Assembly (NCBI GenBank): GCA_000004985.1
Contig: GG738923.1
Direction: 5' to 3' (one strand)
Origin: Naegleria gruberi
Taxonomy: Eukaryota
DNA length: 64,000 nucleotides
Both the position numbers and the translations under genes were made by a program. Below the pieces are notes generated by a model. It had not been told where the DNA came from. It worked only from the letters and a program-made list of their open reading frames with translations, and did not search any database. Positions 34,968-44,665 of the stretch are shown here, in pieces. The first letter of the stretch is position 1. Each line of letters opens with the position of its first letter.

Positions 34968-36020
34968 ATGTCTCAATACAACAACACTAACACATTCCAT
35001 CCACAACCAACAAATACAACAATAACTTCAGCACCACTCACGAGAGGAATTCGCTCCATTTCTAATTGTCCAGACGTGATAGAGGCTCTTGTTCAAGTGT
35101 TGGCTCATCTCGATCCTGTGGTAGAACAATATTTATTCAAACAACAACATGATGATCATCAGATCAAATCGGATGAAAGATCGGAACTTGGGGTAGCCTT
35201 TGATAGGGTATGTAGGAGTGTGTGGAGTCTTGATCAAGGTAGTAGTGAACCTGTTGATGGTTCAGCTTTGGGTGGGTTATTTCCTATGGAAAGTGGTATC
35301 TCCCTTGATTTTGTGGAGGCTTTGAATATTGTGGTCGATGCTTGTCGTGGGAATTTTAATTTTTGTAAAGGAATGACATCTAATTGGATAAGAAGTGATG
35401 ATTGTCCAATATGTGGTTGTAAATCTGCAAGCGAAAGAAAGGAAGAGTTTTGTTCAATCAAGGTGCCAAGTAATCAGTGGAAAGAGTTTGAAAAAAGTGG
35501 AGTGTTGAATCTGAAGGAGGTAGAAACAATTGAAGGATATCATTGTGATGTGTGTTCATTTAGTAAGCCTGCTGAAATTTCTCGTTCCATCAGTCAAGCT
35601 CCACAAATATTGATTTTACAAATGGATCGTTTCTGTTTCGATTATGAAACATTTAATGTTGTTAAAAAGAATGATTTTTACAAGGTTTATCTTAATCAAC
35701 AATTGAAACTATTGATGGAAAATAATTCTTTGGAATCCTATGAATTGGTTGCTGTAGTGAATCATTATGGATTGCAGACATCAGGTTCTTATGGAGGATT
35801 CTTTTTAAATCCAACCAATAGAAGATGGTACAAAGTAGCTTGCCCAAATCAGGTTCCAACTCTTGTTGAAGACTTTAGTACAATCAACAATGTCTCAAAT
35901 TATGTTTATTTCTTTAAGAAGGCAGCTGAAAAGAAATCATGGCAATCTACTGCCTTGTCCAGCCAGTCTGTATCAGATATTTCATTTTCCTTCACGAATG
36001 AAGAAGACTGTGAAATGTAA
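34968..36020 (+). CDS. Divergent ubiquitin-specific protease (peptidase C19)-like protein
   Basis: The Cys-box-like motif is GIRSISNCPDVIEALVQVL. The central CxxC pairs are CPICGC and YHCDVCS. The LILQMDRF motif matches LxLHLKRF. The His-box-like motif is YELVAVVNHYG. Confidence 0.55.
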   Translation: MSQYNNTNTFHPQPTNTTITSAPLTRGIRSISNCPDVIEALVQVLAHLDPVVEQYLFKQQHDDHQIKSDERSELGVAFDRVCRSVWSLDQGSSEPVDGSALGGLFPMESGISLDFVEALNIVVDACRGNFNFCKGMTSNWIRSDDCPICGCKSASERKEEFCSIKVPSNQWKEFEKSGVLNLKEVETIEGYHCDVCSFSKPAEISRSISQAPQILILQMDRFCFDYETFNVVKKNDFYKVYLNQQLKLLMENNSLESYELVAVVNHYGLQTSGSYGGFFLNPTNRRWYKVACPNQVPTLVEDFSTINNVSNYVYFFKKAAEKKSWQSTALSSQSVSDISFSFTNEEDCEM

Positions 36021-36289
36021 ATTCTTCTTGAACTGTTGTCGACCATTATAAGCTGTGAAAATCTTGAATTCTCCCTTTCCATCATCGTTTGGAAACCAAA
36101 CTAATCTGGATTGTTCTGGATTTTCAACATCCCCAATAAATTCTCTTGTCCAATTCAGAGTTTACGAATTTATCCATCATTCCAACCATATTCCAAATGC
36201 CAAATGTGAAATTATTAATGATATGGTGAATAATACACAACAGGAGAAAATGAATTTCCAATTTTTATTAGAATTTTAATTTAAAAAAA

Positions 36290-37159
36290 ATGAAGCGGTC
36301 AGTAACTAATGAAGGCCATCAAAAGAACAAGAAAAAGAAAAGCACTTATTCCAATTCTTCATCATTTAAATTTGTTGATTTGCCTTCCGAAATGATTGGT
36401 AACATTCTTGATTATTCACTCATAAGTGATGGATTATCACTCGTCACTACATGTAAACAATTCCACAACGATCACTACAACGAACATTTATTGTTCTCTC
36501 CATGCAAGTATATGAAATTAATGGCAAATATGACACCTTATCAATTGAAACTGCACCATAAAGCAGCAACTCATATGAAAGATCAAATGAGAGCCAAAGA
36601 GATTTATGAGAATGAAAAGAAGAAATTCAAATGCATGTTGAAATTAATTAAAAAAGAAATTGGAAAGAAAACAGCACGTGAATTGAAAAAAAAACTTTTC
36701 AAGAAAGTGATTTATAACAAAATAGATGCACAAGACACCAGAAGAGAAATAACAATTGGAGAATGTTCTATCATTCATGAATCAAGTTTTGAGTCAAATA
36801 TTCAAAGTTATGAAAGTATTGATGCACAGGTTTGGTATTCATGTAAAATTGTTAAGGATAATGAGGTTTATGAAATAGTTGACAACTGTTCATGGTTATG
36901 TGACAGTCAAGGAACGTGCACTACTGATGATCTAAATGAGCTATTAACTATTGATCATAATATAGATTCTAAATTAGTGTTAGCTTGCTTGCTCATGACA
37001 GCTCCTCTACTGAGCTGGTCAGTTGTGAAGAATGAATATCCAACTTCATTTTCTTCGAATAAGCCACCTGAAATATATTTTAGTGGTTCGATTACTTTAA
37101 CCAAGCAATCAGCTTCTATTAATGATATCGTGCAACAAGTGTTCAATTGGGCCATATAA
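36290..37159 (+). CDS. F-box-like domain protein, 289 aa
   Basis: The N-terminal LPSEMIGNILDYSLISDGLSLVTTCKQFH matches the F-box pattern. The rest is unrecognised. Confidence 0.4.
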   Translation: MKRSVTNEGHQKNKKKKSTYSNSSSFKFVDLPSEMIGNILDYSLISDGLSLVTTCKQFHNDHYNEHLLFSPCKYMKLMANMTPYQLKLHHKAATHMKDQMRAKEIYENEKKKFKCMLKLIKKEIGKKTARELKKKLFKKVIYNKIDAQDTRREITIGECSIIHESSFESNIQSYESIDAQVWYSCKIVKDNEVYEIVDNCSWLCDSQGTCTTDDLNELLTIDHNIDSKLVLACLLMTAPLLSWSVVKNEYPTSFSSNKPPEIYFSGSITLTKQSASINDIVQQVFNWAI

Positions 37160-38184
37160 ATAGTAAATGCTTATTCATTGTTGGGTGTTGAAAACTTATT
37201 CACTGTTGTGATGGTTGTATATTATTGACAATTTCTTCTTTTGAGTGAAAGGATTGTACGGGCATAAATTTTTGCACTACTATTGAATAGTTGCGTATTG
37301 ATTAGTGATTCTATTGAGTTATCAACACATTGATGCCAAACATTGGAGTAAACTTCCTAAGATAATCAACATATTCATCATGCACACAAATTCCAAAATC
37401 CAATTCTCAATATTCGACACTTCATTAAATTCATCCCATTCCGTTTCTTCCGTTTTAAAAGCAAAATCCCTAAATAAATGTCTCGTACTCGCCACTCGAT
37501 ACCAGGAAATTAAAAAGCAATTGGAAATAATTTGTCTTAATTTTCTTGTAATATTGCAACATTTTACAATGAGTATTTTAAAGATCTTCATATTGTAAAG
37601 ATTCATCACAACCAGCATTTTGTGTTATTTTTAAATCAAAAAAAAGATAAAAAGTATTTAAGATCGGAATTGATTACATTTAACAATTTTCATAAAGAGA
37701 TATTTATTCTCAATTAATATCAAATCATATCCACCTTTAGATTAATATTTCAATGATCAACACCATTATTAACAACTCTCATCAAAAAACAACATTAAAT
37801 TCCTTAATCTCCATCATCAAACATACTTCTCTCCCTTAGAAATATGATCATCCACTCACCAAACATGGTCCCTATCTTCTCCAAACATGTCCACCTCCAT
37901 TACTCTTCCCATATGTTAATACGTTAATATTAACGAGTTTGCAAGTTCTTGAAAGTGCTTCACAAGATTGAATCTTGTGATCCGCAAACCTTTTTGCTTT
38001 CAACACGTTCCATTTCCAGACCATCATCAAAAAAAAAACTTTCCACATCAAGTTGCTAATTTTCTATATTTTGCCTTTAAAGAAATCTGAGCAGGAAATT
38101 AAGTGATTGGTTTAATTTTAGAGGTCTTCCCGTTGGTTGTGTCACTTCCGAAAGTTTTTATTGTTATTAATCATCATCATCATC

Positions 38185-39191
38185 ATGATGACAAGAAATT
38201 CTAGTCCGCTAGAAGGAAGAGAGGAGAATGGTGGACAACAAGATGATTTGAATGTTGTGTCATCAGCATCATCATTAACAAACTCATCATCATTTAATGG
38301 AAAGGATGCACAGCAATATGTGGGAGGAGTTTATAATAATAGACCCTCACCTATTAGGTATACATCACATTTAGGAATGCCAAAACATCAAAGTCCAAAT
38401 ACTGTGGCGAATGCAAATAGCTCTTCTTCAAATAGTGGTGGAGATGTGAAGGAAGAGGTGAATCCACTAAAGAGAAGATATTGTGATAATGATGATATGT
38501 TATTCGAGGTGCAAGAGAAACAATTACAAACACAGAAATATTTAACAATAGTACCATATGAAATCACCAATCATGATAGCGGTCAATTATTGACCTGTGT
38601 GAGAGGAAATAGACTTCCCATGTTGGTGAACAAGTTGGTTGATGAGGTGAATGAATATTTGAAAACTAATTCAGAAGAGGATGAGGAGGAAAAGGTTGTG
38701 GATGTGTATGCAATCCAAACAATGTTTTTGAATACAATTATGAGAATTGATTTATTTAATAACGAAGTGGGTGTTTATGATAGTGTTAAAAATAGAGTAT
38801 TTAAAGATTTGAAAATGGTAATGAGCCCTCCTGATTACTATCCGTTCAGTAAGTTTATTTTGAGTATGGACCTATTCACAATTTATCAGATTATCCAACA
38901 TTTTATGGAAAGGAAACTGATGAAGAATCTATTACAAATTATAACAAATTAATGGAATCTGATGAGATGTTTGATTTGAGGAAAAGTTATCAAACAAAAT
39001 ATACCAAAGCTTGGACTAAGGAGGAAAGAAAGAAATTCCAAGAAGGTTTAAAATTATTTGGTTATGGACATGATAGTAATAAGAAGATTGCTGAACATAT
39101 GGGCTCTTCAATTCACCCTAATCAAGTAGCTCACGAAAAACAAAAATTACAGCAACGTCACCAAAAGAAGAGAAAGAGAGCAAAGAAATAA
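38185..39191 (+). CDS. Hypothetical protein followed by a Myb/SANT-like ORF, in two frames overlapping at TAATG 38950-38954; possibly one gene
   Basis: ORF 38137..38952, with a probable start at ATGATG 38185, has no recognised domain. ORF 38952..39191 carries the SANT/Myb-like segment WTKEERKKFQEGLKLFGYG...KIAEHMG and a basic tail. Confidence 0.4.
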
Positions 39192-39205
39192 CTGTGGAAT
39201 CAATT

Positions 39206-42004
39206 TTATGGTCTTTCGGCTAACATTTGATTAATGTTGAGAATAATGGAAGAGTAGACTGTGACTGATTCTAAATAGTTTTGAATGAGGATTCTTTCAT
39301 TGTGACCGTGAATTCTTTGGAGATCTTCAGTCTTCTTTACGAGTCTCATTGGCAAATAGCCATATGCAAAATCACTCAACTTTCTATAATACTTGCTATC
39401 ACTACCAGCAATAAATAAATAAGGTGAAACAATCACATCTGGTTGAATATGATTAATTGCTCTCTTTACAACTTCAAACTCTACACAATCAACACAAGAT
39501 ACAGAGGAAGCTTCTTGACAATCGATCATTAAAGGTGTGACGGTAATGTTTGGATGATTGACAACCTTTTCCAAGTGGCTCTTGACACTTTGCAAATTAT
39601 CATACGGAGAGAATCTAGTATTGAGAATAAAGTTTGCCTTAGATGGCATTACATTACTTTGGACACCAGCAGCCACAATGGTTGGAGCAAAGCTAGTTCT
39701 AGCCAAAGCATTTGGTGGACCACCAATATAAGACAATGCAATACTCAAAGGATAGGCCAAAATATCAAGATTTGCAACAATGGCCTTCATGATATAACCT
39801 TCAGAGTGTGGAGCCAAACTGAGGAGAACATTATGAATGATTGGTTTAAGTAAATGGGCAGGCATTGGATTATTTTCAATTTCAAGGATGGCCTTTGACA
39901 ATGTTCCAATACAGCTAGTTCTTCCTGGCATGGAAGCATGACCTGGATTACAATTGGCTTGAATGTCGAAATTACAATAGCCCTTTTCTGCAATGGCAAC
40001 AAAGGCAATTGGAGAGGCAACACCTGGAAATTGTTGGTCAGCAATTTGACCTCCTTCATCCAAAACAAATGCAAATCTGACATTCTTCTTCAAAAAGTAT
40101 GAAGTAACTTTGGCAGCTCCATGAACTCCTCCAATTTCTTCATCCATACCAATAACAACATAGGTATCTCTTTGAGGTTTAACCAATAAATTTTCTCTTC
40201 TCAATTGATTAAGAGCTTCCAAAATTTCATAAACTCCATTCTTATCATCCAATGTGCCTCTTCCATGCAAGAAACCATTCACTTGTTTACCACTAAATGG
40301 TGGATATTCCCATTTAGATTCATCATTGATTGGCACAACATCCACATGTCCAGTCAATAGAACTGGTTTCTTTTCCTTATCACTTCCTCTCCATACCCAA
40401 ACTCTCGAAGCAAGAAAATCATCCTCTCCCTTAACTTCACTTTGAATAATATCTTGAGTAATTTCCTCCAAAACTCCCTCACTTTCAGAGAATAAAAGTG
40501 GGAAATCCTTCACCATTTGATCAAACAATTCATGGAAAAGTTGTTTATCCTTCTGATAATCAATAGTTGGTTTCTGAATAGCCCTAGCCAATCTCAACAC
40601 TGCATCAGCCTGTTCCTCCTTGCTCCAATTTAATTTACTAAATTGTTCGGAAGCCTTTGATTGTTCAATTCTCTTTGAAAATTCCAAATCTCTTTCTTTA
40701 ATAATTTTCATATTAAATGTATAGGTTCGGAATGCCATCAATCCAATCAACCCGATCGCAGCCAAGAATAATAATTTTAAAATCGATTTGATGAGTGAGC
40801 ACGCAAGATTTGAAATGGCCATTTTTTTAAGATGAAAACGGAGTGAATGTTCGGACAATTGTGCAGATGGACATTTTATGCATGGTGAGATGAAAGTTGT
40901 TTTTTGAGTTTCTCCAAAGATTATATCAGAAACAGATTTGATATCATCTTCTGAGGTAGCATTAACAATATGATAGGAATCAAGTGTATTTCTATCTATT
41001 TTCTTGAAATATTGTGTAATGATCGAGTTGATAACTAGTTTAAGATAATGATTAGCAATTTCTGATCTTTCTAATTCTGGTAAAATATTCGAAACGAGTT
41101 CTCTATCATATTTCACTCCATTTTCCAATTTTTTACAAAGAATATCTGGTTTTACAAAGAGAATGATCTTACGAGAAGGAATAAACCATCTCGTATTCAT
41201 AACCTCACCAATTAGGGATAGAGATTCGTCCATTCTTTGAACACTGTCATCTTCCATTATAGTTTGATTAAATTCTGAAAGAGAAACCATGTAAACTAAT
41301 GTATGAACATCCTCAAAGAAATGAATCCAAATCTTTCTTGAATTTCTCCTTCCCACAACATCAATCACTTGAATTTCAGTGTTTCGTCTCGTAATAGTTT
41401 CGTATATTGAAATTCCTTTAGATGTGGAAGAAATCAATGAATAGGGAGAAAATATTTTCCCACGTTCAATTCTCAAAACTAATTCCTTAACATTTTCGTA
41501 CATTGAAATTCCACCTCTACTCCACACCAATTCATAAAACTCTCTAAAAAAGGAAATTTTCCACAGATTGACCAATATTTCAACGCAATCTATTTTTTGC
41601 AATTCCATTTCTAAACAGTTGCTAGCATTATCTGTTGCACTTTCGAATAATAATCTCATCTCAGGTCGAATAATTTCTTTCAACAAGTAATTTCTCTCTT
41701 GCTCTCCCATCTCTTCCCAAATTCTCTCAACAACCAGCGAGCAGACAATTTGCAAATTATTTGCAAAGTTTGCTTCCATGTCGTCACGAAAAGTTGTTTC
41801 TATTCTTGTTTCGGTTTTTGCTGTTCTTGTTTCGGTTGTTGATACGAGTTGTAACATGTGAAATAATGTTGATTTGCCAGAATCGGAGGGACCTAGTAGG
41901 AGAACTTTTGAACATGGGCGATTTTTAATAATATTATAATTGGATTGTGTTAATGTGACATTTGGATTGGCGTTTGACTTGGTGTGTGATGGTTTTGTGC
42001 CCAT
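39206..42004 (-). CDS. Fusion protein: G-protein alpha-subunit-like domain + TM helix + peptidase M20 (carboxypeptidase S/Cps1-like) domain, 932 aa, single ORF
   Basis: The N-terminus begins MG. The G-alpha P-loop is KVLLLGPSDSGKSTLFHML. The switch II-like segment is VIDVVGRRNSRKIWIHFFEDVHTLVYMVSLSEF, where GGQ is replaced by VGR. A degenerate NKxD motif (ILFVKPD) and a TCATDT-like motif (HIVNATSEDD) follow. The TM helix LACSLIKSILKLLFLAAIGLIGLMAF comes next. M20 motifs HVDVVP, GRGTLDDKNG and DEEIGG follow. Confidence 0.75.
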   Translation of the reverse strand: MGTKPSHTKSNANPNVTLTQSNYNIIKNRPCSKVLLLGPSDSGKSTLFHMLQLVSTTETRTAKTETRIETTFRDDMEANFANNLQIVCSLVVERIWEEMGEQERNYLLKEIIRPEMRLLFESATDNASNCLEMELQKIDCVEILVNLWKISFFREFYELVWSRGGISMYENVKELVLRIERGKIFSPYSLISSTSKGISIYETITRRNTEIQVIDVVGRRNSRKIWIHFFEDVHTLVYMVSLSEFNQTIMEDDSVQRMDESLSLIGEVMNTRWFIPSRKIILFVKPDILCKKLENGVKYDRELVSNILPELERSEIANHYLKLVINSIITQYFKKIDRNTLDSYHIVNATSEDDIKSVSDIIFGETQKTTFISPCIKCPSAQLSEHSLRFHLKKMAISNLACSLIKSILKLLFLAAIGLIGLMAFRTYTFNMKIIKERDLEFSKRIEQSKASEQFSKLNWSKEEQADAVLRLARAIQKPTIDYQKDKQLFHELFDQMVKDFPLLFSESEGVLEEITQDIIQSEVKGEDDFLASRVWVWRGSDKEKKPVLLTGHVDVVPINDESKWEYPPFSGKQVNGFLHGRGTLDDKNGVYEILEALNQLRRENLLVKPQRDTYVVIGMDEEIGGVHGAAKVTSYFLKKNVRFAFVLDEGGQIADQQFPGVASPIAFVAIAEKGYCNFDIQANCNPGHASMPGRTSCIGTLSKAILEIENNPMPAHLLKPIIHNVLLSLAPHSEGYIMKAIVANLDILAYPLSIALSYIGGPPNALARTSFAPTIVAAGVQSNVMPSKANFILNTRFSPYDNLQSVKSHLEKVVNHPNITVTPLMIDCQEASSVSCVDCVEFEVVKRAINHIQPDVIVSPYLFIAGSDSKYYRKLSDFAYGYLPMRLVKKTEDLQRIHGHNERILIQNYLESVTVYSSIILNINQMLAERP

Positions 42005-42229
42005 TTTTTTAAAGTTGAATTGCTTTCAGATACCTACAAAGAATTGAATGAAAATTTATTGTAAAGGAGTAACAGAACTTTCGAATAAAAAATTGCCAAT
42101 TACAATGTAATGTTTTTTCAAAGTTTCCAACAAGATTAATATAATCAAGGTCACTTCATGGACTTTGAGTTTCCAAATATCTTCCAGATTCGTCTCCTTT
42201 CGTTTCACAAACATCAAACCACAAAAAAA

Positions 42230-42433
42230 ATGTCTGACTCACTTGCGATTGGCATTGGAGCTGGAGTTGGAGGATTCGCAGGTGTTAGCATTCTTCTCAT
42301 TATCATCATTATTGCCATTGTACTATATCGGAGGAAAAGGAGACACCAGAGGAGAGGTTATATCGAGCAAGAAGGAGATTATTCGCATTATTATGCTGCC
42401 TCTGGTGAGACACTGCCAGGACATTTGCATTAA
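42230..42433 (+). CDS. Small single-pass membrane protein (about 67 aa)
   Basis: The ORF is MSDSLAIGIGAGVGGFAGVSILLIIIIIAIVLYRRKRRHQRR..., with a Gly-rich segment, a TM helix and a basic stop-transfer. Confidence 0.35.
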   Translation: MSDSLAIGIGAGVGGFAGVSILLIIIIIAIVLYRRKRRHQRRGYIEQEGDYSHYYAASGETLPGHLH

Positions 42434-42832
42434 TGTGGTTTTTCTGGAGAGTTGATGAATGTAATGATTTGAAATAATTCGAAAATGTGAAAAATATTAC
42501 ATTGTAAATGAAATAGAATTTGATTTTTTTTTAAATTTTGAATTGTTGTTTTTCGAATTGACAAGGTTACTATTTAAGGAAACTGTAAAAAAGGTCTGTA
42601 TAAGTATTATTAAAATTGAAATCTATGATAGAACATACTTATCATTAAATCAATTGATGTAAAGCACTCTTAACTGAACACTAGGAAATTGGTCAAATTT
42701 CCAAATTGATTTGAAATCGAACAGTAATATGCAGAGCGCACAATAAGGAACACTAAGGGAAAGCAAAATCCCGTAGATGAGATTATGAAATAATAACATG
42801 TTGAAGATTTTGAATGAAAAAAAATAGGCGAT

Positions 42833-44356
42833 ATGAATGCATCGAAAATTCTACGACTTTGCTTTGTGATAAGTGTGTGGATGCTACTGCTTAATAATCA
42901 GCTTGTTAAGGGTTGTTTGTTCGGCCAAGTCATTAAAGAAACACTCGATGGTTCTTGTCAATATACCTATCAACACTATGGTTCTAATATTGGTTTTGTC
43001 GTGTCCTCCGATTTTGGCAAATATCAATACAAGTTAGAGCATATTGATAAGTGTGATGATTATTGCAAAAAGCTATATGCAAAGACTCAATTATTTATAA
43101 TGGATGCACTTGTCTTTTCTTTGGTTGATTTTGATCCAAACTCAGCTCATAGAGATGAAGGTTGGACACTAACCTTCTCCTATTATAATCTGGGTCCCAT
43201 GTGGGATATTGATCCAACCAAATTGACAATCAATATTACTACAAAGGATGGACTTGAAAAAATCCCTGAAATTAATATACCTGCTCAAGGAAATCAGTGG
43301 TATTCTCTGGTTAAGTTTAATGATTTTTTGAGAGATGGTATTCAAGAATTTAGAATTTCTCTAATTTCTCTGACTGGTCTTATTCCATTGAATGCAAATC
43401 TAGATCAAGAATATGATCTTGATTACCCTAGGTCTGTTAACTTTGTTGGAGACAAAAACAAAGTTCAAATGAATATTCTGGAATTATCTGGATTGCCTAC
43501 TAGAATTACTCTTTATAACGAGCAGCCTAACCAACTATTGAATTTTGCATGTTTCAAAAATAATGTCTATAACACAATGGGGAATTATAGATGGGAATCT
43601 AGTGGATCAATTTCAGATGTTTTAACTACCGTAACTCTTTCAAATATGACAACAGATGTCTTTGGAAATTTGGTGAGTGTGAATGCGACAACTCTTGAAT
43701 TGAATCTTGAAAATCCAAATTCTCTTTATGATAGCCTAACATCAACTCATTCTAAATATCTTGGCGGTTCTTCAGTTGCTAGCACTCTTACATTACAAGA
43801 TGGTAATATATTGAGAATTATGGCAGTTGACAAGGCATTCAGACAGCACTGCATTACTCCAAATCAACAAGTGATTGGATCAATGAAATTTGGACAAGTA
43901 ATCTCTTACCGAGTCCAAATATATCCTCAGCCATTTAGCAGTATTGGACAAGTCAACCTCAACATCTCTACATACACAAGTGTTCTATTCCTTCAAACCA
44001 CTCACTATGATGCAGACAGTTCTCAATTATGTTCATTAGCAGATCATGTGGATTTTGAAACTGAAGTCACCATCAAAGGAATGGATGTACATCAACCACT
44101 TTCGATTTCCAATGCAAAAAGAAACCACTTGATCGCCATGAATTTATTCTTTATTTGTAAGGCAGAGGAAGGTTGCAATTTTGATTTTACTCTTTCTGGA
44201 GGAACATCTCACAACCCAATTGATGAGACAACCATTATTATTGTGTCAAGCATTGCAGGAATTGCCTTGATTTTAAACATTATTGCCTTACTCGTAATGG
44301 TAGTAGTAGTTTATTTGACTATTAAACGAAGAAAGGTCTATGTCAGTATTCAATAA
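42833..44356 (+). CDS. Hypothetical type I membrane glycoprotein, 507 aa
   Basis: It has a signal-like N-terminus (ILRLCFVISVWMLLLNN) and a large ectodomain with many NxS/T sites. The C-terminal TM segment IAGIALILNIIALLVMVVVVYL is followed by a basic tail. Confidence 0.5.
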   Translation: MNASKILRLCFVISVWMLLLNNQLVKGCLFGQVIKETLDGSCQYTYQHYGSNIGFVVSSDFGKYQYKLEHIDKCDDYCKKLYAKTQLFIMDALVFSLVDFDPNSAHRDEGWTLTFSYYNLGPMWDIDPTKLTINITTKDGLEKIPEINIPAQGNQWYSLVKFNDFLRDGIQEFRISLISLTGLIPLNANLDQEYDLDYPRSVNFVGDKNKVQMNILELSGLPTRITLYNEQPNQLLNFACFKNNVYNTMGNYRWESSGSISDVLTTVTLSNMTTDVFGNLVSVNATTLELNLENPNSLYDSLTSTHSKYLGGSSVASTLTLQDGNILRIMAVDKAFRQHCITPNQQVIGSMKFGQVISYRVQIYPQPFSSIGQVNLNISTYTSVLFLQTTHYDADSSQLCSLADHVDFETEVTIKGMDVHQPLSISNAKRNHLIAMNLFFICKAEEGCNFDFTLSGGTSHNPIDETTIIIVSSIAGIALILNIIALLVMVVVVYLTIKRRKVYVSIQ

Positions 44357-44665
44357 ACAGTATTTCTTCTAACAAGCTTCAACCAACATGAAACTCTTCA
44401 CATTTAATCCATGTAAATCAGGAAAAGAATCTTTCTCAAAATGAGAAGAACCTCGTTTCAGAAATTCTCAGTATCCACTGTTTAGTGGAAATTGGATGAA
44501 CTTGGCGCCAATAAAAAACGCTGGATAAAAAAATTTGACAAAAATCAGAAAAAAAAATTTGGTAAACACAGTTTAAATAATAATAATGGTAGGTTGATAA
44601 TGGTAATTTTCAAGGTAGATAATGATGGATAATTTGATGATTTGTGTTTATTATTATTTTTGTAG

